In this document: positions 54,800 to 64,000 of the stretch, one piece after another
How positions within the stretch are numbered: position 1 is the first letter of the stretch
Layout: each line of letters begins with the position of its first letter
Source: the human T2T-CHM13v2.0 reference genome, Homo sapiens
Length of the DNA stretch: 64,000 nucleotides
Direction: 5' to 3' (one strand)
Assembly: GCF_009914755.1 (NCBI RefSeq)
Contig: NC_060927.1
The notes under the pieces: generated by a model
Databases searched by the model: none
What the model saw: the letters and a program-made list of their open reading frames with translations, nothing else
What the model was told of the DNA's origin: nothing
Made by a program: the position numbers and the translations under genes

Positions 54800-55190
54800 T
54801 GCGCTGTCACGTTCTAGGTTGCGAGTAAAACCCGGGACCCGCACAGTAGCGGACTGCCAGTACAGGGGCCTCCCTGGGTGTCCCTGGAAACCGAGGAAGT
54901 AACCGCCCCCTCGGGAAGCCACGCCTCCTATTTTGTTCCGGCTCGGGGGCGGGACCCAGCCGGGGCCCGCCTGGCCCTTTAAGGCTGACCTAGCGGGGCC
55001 CCAAGTTGGGATGACGCGCAGGGAGCGGGGGGTGGAGTGGGGGAGTGGGGGAGTGGGGGGGTGGGGAGGGGGGGAGGTCACGTGGGCGCCGGCAGCGCGA
55101 CTCTCGGCCCTGGGATTTCTGCGGCCGCCAGCTCCCGCGACCGCCTCTCCTGCCCCTCGCCGGTACCTCAGCAAGGTGCGTTGCCGCCAG
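54800..55190 (+). promoter_or_regulatory. MAPKAPK3: MAPKAPK3 CpG-island promoter and non-coding exon
   Basis: CpG-rich; G-tract array 55021-55077; GTCACGTG E-box 55077-55084; candidate donors AAG|gtgcgt (55175) and CAG|gtacgc (55190). Confidence 0.75.
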
Positions 55191-55472
55191 GTACGCCCTC
55201 GCTGGGCCCCCTCTGCGGCCTCCTCCGGGGACCTCGCGGCCATTAGGCGCCCGGCCCCTTCCCTTCTTGACACGTGCCCGGGCGGTGCTCGCTTGTACCC
55301 CGCCGCGCGACCACCGCCCCTTGCTGCACGTCTGTACTCTCAGGCCGTTCGTCCCGCACTCCCAGCTTGCCCCGGGCTCGCAGCCCAGCCCAGTTCAGAG
55401 GCTCCAAGGCTGGGGTGTGTTGGAAAAGTCTGGGCGGGACTCACTCTTCCCCTTTCCCCCAGGTGCCACTAG

Positions 55473-55790
<318 letters not shown>

Positions 55791-56522
55791 TGAGTGAAGC
55801 TATGTCTAGCGCCCCTGCTAAGCTTCCTATGCTCAGCAACATGTTTCATCGTCATACTGTCCTGTAAGGTCAGGCTTGTGGTCCTCCCTACTTCACAGAT
55901 GGGGAAACTGAGGCGTAGCCTAGCTAAGCTTTGAGTGTCCCAGTGAGCAAGGGGTGGAGTCACTATGGCTAGAGATGCTGTATCCGGAAGCAGGGAAGGG
56001 GTGACTCCTGACTCTGGGATTCTGGCTGGACCCATGTGTTCAGGCCCAAAGGGGATCTCTTGTTCAGCTTGGCTGCCCCTTCCATGTGAAGCTCCTCTGA
56101 CTGGAATGGATCTGTTTCCCTTTGCTGGAAGCTGAGACCCCACCAAGGCTTGGGTGGGACTGCTTCTTCCCTGTGGCCCCTGCCTGTCTGGGCTGGAGTG
56201 GTGTGAGCCTCCCAGGGCTGGCCAGAGGACAAGGCTGATGCCCACTGCACCTGTGGAGCCTCAGGAGGCTGCTGATAGACTCCTGACGAGTCGCTGGTCC
56301 CGTGTTGAAAGGGACAGGCCCTGGGCCAACCCACCCCTGGTTCCTGGGCAGAGGGCGGGCCAGCCATCTAACCACCTCAGACTATAGGCTCCCTGGAGAC
56401 CTGGCATGCTGATATAGGTGGCATGGTGGGGGTCAGGGGGATGCTGGGGGCGGGTACCTGGTTCCAGCTTAAGGCATACAGTTCTGGGCCTAGGGCCACA
56501 CCCCATACCCAGAATCCCTTGA

Positions 56523-56937
<415 letters not shown>

Positions 56938-59111
56938 TTTACACAAGTTTTAATTATGAGTCCAAGTGCAGAGTCCTCTAGATATGGCTAATAGCTATCC
57001 TGTGTTTGCCAGTTTCATGACCTTGGATGATATCCTAGACTCTGGAAGCCAGGTTTCTGCATCTATTCATGGGGAAAGATAAGGAGTTGTTGTGAACATG
57101 AAATGAGATTATACATTTAAAGCACTTGGTACAGGACCTGATACAGGTCTGGAGAGGTTACAGGACTTATTTAAGGCACAAGGTCTTAAAGCATCTGAGC
57201 AGGGAGCTGGACCCAGCTCTCTGTGTCTTTCCCAGGACCACTAGGGCCAACAGAGGAGGTTGTCTCCCCGGAGTACCTTGGAGGGGAACATGCGGGTGGG
57301 TCTAGGAGAGGATCAGGGTTGGGCTGGTGGGGCTGGGCCCCAGGTATAGCTTCTTTGCCCACTAACCCAGCAGTCGAATGGGGTCGGGGAGCTTTTCAGA
57401 GTATCAGGAATGGGATTCTCTGAGTCTTTTAGGGAAAAAGTGGCTCTTCTGAGGGCAGACGGGGGTAAGAGGATGAGGAATGAGAGTTTTCATCCCCCTC
57501 TGGGCACTATTTAACCTTCCACCTGTGCTAGGATTGAGGGCAGGCTGGGTGGGTGAGGGATTGAGGCCAGAGACCCACTTCTTAATACCAAGGCTTTGAC
57601 CCTGTGGGCCAAGACTGAGCTCTGACCAGCCCCTGTGGTGTCCAGATGCTGTGGGTGAGTCAGGGATGGGGTGGGAGACCAGAATTTGTAGGCCCACACA
57701 GTGCCAGCTTTAAGTAAGACTGGACTTAACCCCTTCCCCATAGATGCTATGTCTGATGAGTGACTTGGGGTAACTTCTGACTGCAAGAACTTCCACAGCA
57801 CCTCATCAGTGCTCTCCTTGTTCTGGACTGGGAATTGGGTCAGGCCTGGAGTGGATTTCCCTCTGTACCCCTTTATGGGTGAGCATGGCTAAGGCTACTA
57901 GCTTGGGACCTTCAGGATCTGGCCCTAAATTGGCCCTCAAAGGGGACATGGATTAGATGTGGCTCCCACTCCAGGACCTTCCTGTTCTTAGTATCACTAG
58001 TGACCAAGCCTAGAAGTCCTTACCCAGCTAAGCAGGCATTTACTATCTCCCAATATTGGGCTAAGCACAACCTCTGGTACAGTTATTTTACCTGTCTTGT
58101 GAGTGGTAGCTGTGGCCACGAGGAGGAAGGTGACATCTCCCCACTTATAGCTTCTGCCCATTGCCCAGGAAGACCAGAACCTGGGGACCTCAGTACATGG
58201 GCAGGCCTGGGCCCAGGGAGCTTAGCCAGCTCATGATGGATCACAGTCCTCTCCTTGCATCTGCCTAGCCCTCTCCCCCCAGTTGCCCCAGCTCAGCCTA
58301 GGCAACAGTCGTGGGCTCTGTGTCTTTCTGCCTCCCTGGTGATGTACTCCAGGTTAACCAGGGTGGCCTGTCCTCATCTTATAACTTGACCTTGTTCAGG
58401 CCATCTCTGCCCATTTGTCTCATGCTCATCCTCTTGGCTCTGTTGCCCAAGATGGAAGATAGTGCTTAACAGGAAGCCTGAAACTCAGCAAACACTCATA
58501 AAACAGGAAGAGCTGTGGCCACTGTCCTTGTAACTGTTGCTATTCTGTGGAGGCCCTAGAGGAGCAGGTCCCTCCCTCCCAGGGAGCTGGGCCTCTTCCG
58601 CTTTCCCTTAGCCCCTGACCACCTGCTTGGTTCATCTTGGCCTCAGTCATACTCAGTGGCTCCCTCCCAAGGCTACCTTCTGCTGCCAGTGCAGCCATTC
58701 TACTCCATTGTACCCCAAGCCCTCATTGCTGTCCTCTTGGCAGGAACTGGAGGACTGCCTTTCTTGGAGAGGGTGTATGGGCCAGGCGGTCCTCCAGTGT
58801 CTGCTTCTCCTGCTGACCTCTTGCTTGTGCCCTCTCCCAGGCTTAACTAGTTAATTAGTACCTTCAGCTTTCCCTCTAACTGGGCACAGCCCTGCAGATT
58901 TGTCACACATCAGTTACCCCACCACATCCAAGATCCAGTCCTTCAAACTTTATCACATACATGAAAATTGGGACCCAAAGTGAGTCACACGGTTTGAAGT
59001 GGGGGGTGTAGCAGAGGCCCGAATTTTCTCCCCTCCTGACATCCTGCCCAGCCCTCTTGTGGTTTTTGGCCTCTTGGCAGGCAGAAGTGACCATGGCACT
59101 TAGTATCTCTA

Positions 59112-59745
<634 letters not shown>

Positions 59746-62192
59746 AAAAGGCCTTATGGAGACATAATGGTGGGGTCTTCTTTCCTGCCCCTGTGTTATG
59801 GACTGTGGGGCTGGGGGCTCTTCCCCTCTGACCCCTAAAGCATTTTGGAGGCTCTTCTAGGCTCCCAGTGCCCTCTTCTTCCCTTCTTTGTTAAGGAGAG
59901 TAGAGTGGTGGGGTGGTGGATCCACATGTCCAGGAGACCTCTGCAGAGTCCTCTGGGTCAAGTCTTTGTAGCAGCCATCTTCCTTCTGGTTCCCAGGATC
60001 TGGGGAGGTTGCTGGGGCTGCTGCCTCTGGGACAGTTTCCTTCCCCTTGATGCCAGTTGGCTTCCGTGAGCCAGGCTGCTCTGCATGTGGGATCTCAGTG
60101 ATGTCTCAAAGCACAACACAGAAGAGGGCATATTTCTCCTGACAGATGGGAAACTAAGCTCTGGAGACCAGGAGGAGATCTCACAGGGATTTGAGATTAC
60201 ACAGGGATGCTGGGACTTGGCTGTGTATGTTCTGAGCCTCTAACTGTGGCATTCAAAGCCTCTGCAGTCCAGCCCACCTCCCTTTTCTACTTTAGGTGAC
60301 ATCTTTCCTTCTCCAGCACTGAAGAATTTCTTCTCATCTGTCAAGACTCAGCCCCAGTGCCACCTCTTCCAGGAAGCTGCCCAGAGTTCCTGGCTTTGGG
60401 GCAATGGAACCTTCTTTGACCCCTTTGATAATACTCCCCTTTGATTCAAAGCTCTTTTATAGCACCTAGGCCCAAGGCCTGGCATATATCAGAGATTCAT
60501 GAATGCTTATGAAAATGACCAGGCTCTGGCCCCTCTGAGCTTTGGAAGGAGCATCAGGAGCTGGACTTTTTCCAGGTTGCACCTTCTCCACAGGAGAGGG
60601 GTTCTTTGATTACAGCTCAGAGATAAGCCACAGAGAAATGCTATTTCTACTCTCCTAAGATCTGGGAATTCACAATGGAATCTAACAGTTCCACTGCCTC
60701 AATAGACCTCATGGAGAATTCCTGGGAGAAAGGAAATGCCCATTCATGAGGCCATTTCTGCTCCCTGCCTGCTGTCCAGGCTGCACCTCTGAGTAGACAG
60801 AGGGGCTCTGTATAACCAGAATGCCAAAAGGAAGATAGAACATGATGGATGCAGAGACTGGGAAGCAATGGATCCAGAGCCCAGTACCCTGGATGCCTCA
60901 CTCTCCCTGGGGGGATGGTGCCCACTGCTCCAAGGGTGAGGCTGGCCTGTTGGGGCTGGTACTGTTGAGCTGGATTTGAAGCCAGGTGAAGCTGCCAGGC
61001 AGGCCAGGCCCTTTTTCATTTGGCAGCCATCATCCCCTCACCTACCATCTCCAGACCGGTCAGATCAGCCTCTGCAGGGCCACTTGTTAGAGTCAACAAA
61101 TCAGGAGGCACATGGAGGGACTATGCAGCCGGTACAATAGAGTCCCTGGAAATAGTTTCACTGCCCCCTGGGTTCTCCCAACGCTGCTCCTTACCTAGAA
61201 GGAAAGAATCTGAGGAGCCAGAGTGTTAACTGCCAGGGATGAGCAATTTGCTTTTTCATGAAGATCCTGGGGAGGGCATCAAACCCTACAAAATGCAAAT
61301 AGTGGAATTTTAGGCAGAGGTTGATTGTTCTGAGATGGTTCGTACCGTGCCTGGCTGGCCTTGCTTACTGTTTTCGAAGCTGTGCTCCCAGCCTACTCTC
61401 AGGATCACCTCTGCTGGGGCTTCTAGGATCTTTTCCCATCCCATCTAGGAACTGATGCCAGCTCTCCAGGATTCAGGCCTTGGTGCTGTGGATTCTGATA
61501 CCCCCATAAACGGCTAACAGTTTTTCAGAGCATTCTGCCCAGCGGGCCCTGTCCACAGTGCACAACAAGGCACAGAATGAGTTGTCTTACCTAACTCTTA
61601 TCACTCCCATTATATGGATGAGGTTCAGAGGTCAGCAGCTTGCCCAAAGTGCTCAACTAGTGGGTAGCAGGGCTGAGCTGTGAGCCTAGGCAGTTTGATG
61701 CCAGAGTCCTAGCATCTAAGTCATCTCACTCCTCATGCAAGTCTGTGGGGACACGGGAGGGTCTCTGAGACTTGGTCCTTGGAAAGATGCTGGCATTGTC
61801 CTCTCTGGCTCCACTGGGAGCCCTGGCAGCCCCAGCTGGGCCCTGAGTGATGCTGCCAGTGTCTACCTACATCTGCTCAGTCCTCCTCACTGTATGGAAC
61901 TCTGTGCCAGTGATTGGACAGGTGGCAGTCCCATGAGGCCAGCACACAAGGACCATGATGACTGTGAAGGCCACCTCAGAAAGGTCGTGTGCCTTTTCCC
62001 AGGCCTTGTGAGTCTCAGACAAGTGCAGCTGGGCAGAGCCCAGAGCACCACGGGCAGGAAATCAGACTGGTGAGTGGGCGAGTGGAAACTGTATCTGGGC
62101 TGGGCCAGCTAGGAGAGGCTTCCTGGAAGAGGTTGCCAGTTTAATTCAGACCTCTGGTTTGAGAAGGATGTGGATGACAGAGGAAGGCACAG

Positions 62193-62227
62193 GGTGTATG
62201 TGTGTGCCTGTGTGTGTGTGCACTCAC

Positions 62228-62259
<32 letters not shown>

Positions 62260-62274
62260 GTGTGCATGTGTGTG
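62193..62274. repeat. Imperfect (TG)n tract
   Basis: Seen directly. Confidence 0.9.
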
Positions 62275-64000
62275 ACAATATGCCTGGTTTAGACATTCAG
62301 CACCTGCTGTGGAGTACCAGTTTCCCACTCGCAGACCTGTGTTCTGGCAGGATGTGGTTGACCTCAGCAGGGCCGGTGTCAAAGTCCTGACAAAGACTGG
62401 GAAGCTGAGGGAGGACCAGAGGAATCTGTGGAGGAAGAGGCGTTTGTGTAGGGCCTTGAAGGGTAGAGCACCATTGCTGAGGGTGCTGCAGGGACTCCTG
62501 GGTCACTTGGGCTGTTGTTCAGACTATATGGGAAGGACTCAGTTTTCATTACAACAGAGGTCTGTTGTATCTCTTCTGAGCTTCACACCTGGGGAAGTAG
62601 AGTTAGATCCCTCATTTTCCTCTGCTGGGGACATCATCATGGAAGATCTCTGGGTGGAGGCAGTAGTTGGAACATCTGGCTCTGTAAGCCCGCAACCTCC
62701 CTTGGCTCCAGGCTGCCATGTCTAATGGTGAAGGCCCATGGGCAAGAGCTGAGGACATCCCTAGGTGAGAGGCATTCCAAGCATACCTGTGCCATGAGAG
62801 TGTGCACAAAGCGCTTCCTGGAGAGCTGGCTCTGCTGCTCTCAGGACAGTGAGACCATGGCTCCTGTGAGCACTGGTGTTTTCCCTGGAGAACATTAGTT
62901 CTACTGCTCTCCCTCCATCTATTGGACATCTTGTGTGGTCCCAGATGAAAGGCCCCATCTTGGGGTTGAGAGAGGAACAGTGCTCTCGGCTTAAAATGCT
63001 TTCTGTGACATTCTCCCCAAGTGACTTTGGACTAAAGGCAGTTTCATAATCTTTTGCAAAACCATCATCTTTGTGGTGCAGTTGAACCCTGGGTTTGAAT
63101 ATGTGGTGGGGAGTAGGATCCAGTCTCGGTGACTGTTACTATCCCTGCATTCATGCTATGAGACAACATAGGCCGGCAGACACTCAGAAGGCAGGGCTCT
63201 CATTTGGGGTGGCCTGGGTGCATTTGCTGGTGAAACATTATTGGTTTTTATGAGGACTCACTTGGGTGCGCCCTGCACCTGGGGAACCCAGCCCCTTGAG
63301 GGACAGGAAAGAATGGCGTGAAGGGAGCTCTGGGTCCTGGGCTCCTCCCCACCCTCCTGCCCGTTTGGAACTAAGTGGATTAGGCCCTGTGCAATTGTGA
63401 TTAAAATCCTGCTGTGTGGGAACCGTGGAGGTTTGGCTTAGAGCAGGAACACGAGGCTCCCGTTTGGGGAACAAGGAGCCTCAGGAGGCCCTTTCAGCAC
63501 TAGACAGGCCAGAGATGCTGAAAAGATTGCTTTTGTTTTTGAGGCGGGTTTGGGATTAGGGTTGCCTTTTTCTTTAGACTAGGGCTTTGTCTTTGCTGCC
63601 TTCTCCTCATGGCACTAGCGATCTTTCTGTCCTCTGCCTCCTCGTCCCTCTCATTTCTCCTTTTCCACCTGTTTCTCCTGCTATTGCTCTGTCCCCGCTC
63701 TCCCGGGCCTTGCCAGTTTGCCTGTCTCGTGTGTTTCAGGCCTCATGGCCTCTTTTCTGCAGCCTGGCAGGCTGAGGGCAGGCGGAGGACAGAGCAGGGC
63801 CAGGTCAGGTGCTAAGGACTCATCCTGGTCAGCGGGCAGCTCACTCCCCCACCCCCACCCCAGGGGAGGGTGGGGGTGGGGAAGGAAGGAGGAGTGAGTG
63901 CTGTACCCATGCCACTCACAGTGTCCCCTCCTGCTGCCCGCCTTGACCAGGTGTCAGCAGCCTTGGCAGTCAGAACAGTGGACTCAGGAGTTCTTGGGCT

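Noticed and set aside
62041-62058. Partial REST/NRSE-like motif (gagcaccacgggcag)
   Set aside because: Mismatches in both half-sites relative to TCAGCACC..GGACAG; not supportable.

Overview
Mammalian genomic DNA, almost certainly human, recognisable from its proteins as the C3orf18–HEMK1–CISH–MAPKAPK3 cluster (3p21). It contains: (1) the first coding exon and promoter of C3orf18 (- strand); (2) the complete HEMK1 gene (+; 10 coding exons that splice by GT-AG rules into an intact 1017-nt, 338-aa SAM-dependent glutamine methyltransferase with GxGxG and NPPY motifs); (3) the complete CISH gene (-; 258-aa SH2 + SOCS-box protein plus an alternative N-terminal exon); (4) the promoter and first coding exon of MAPKAPK3 (+). 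These form two head-to-head CpG-island pairs, set among about 20 Alus, MIR, L1 and LTR relics and microsatellites. I found no new protein-coding system; nearly all ORFs in the track are Alu, CpG-island or chance ORFs. The best unexplained signals are regulatory or RNA-level: a recursive-splice-type AG|GTGAG site at the start of the CISH alternative exon that also turns the main ATG into a 7-codon uORF; a shifted-register 5' splice site (ACA|GTTAAGT) in HEMK1; dense STAT5-type and STAT6-type motif clusters downstream of CISH beside a 71-bp Z-DNA tract; a HEMK1 3' region with no AATAAA for about 12 kb; and a tandem duplication carrying ten UGCAUG motifs. All coordinates were counted by hand, repeat boundaries are approximate, and gene names come from recalled protein sequences, not a database search.
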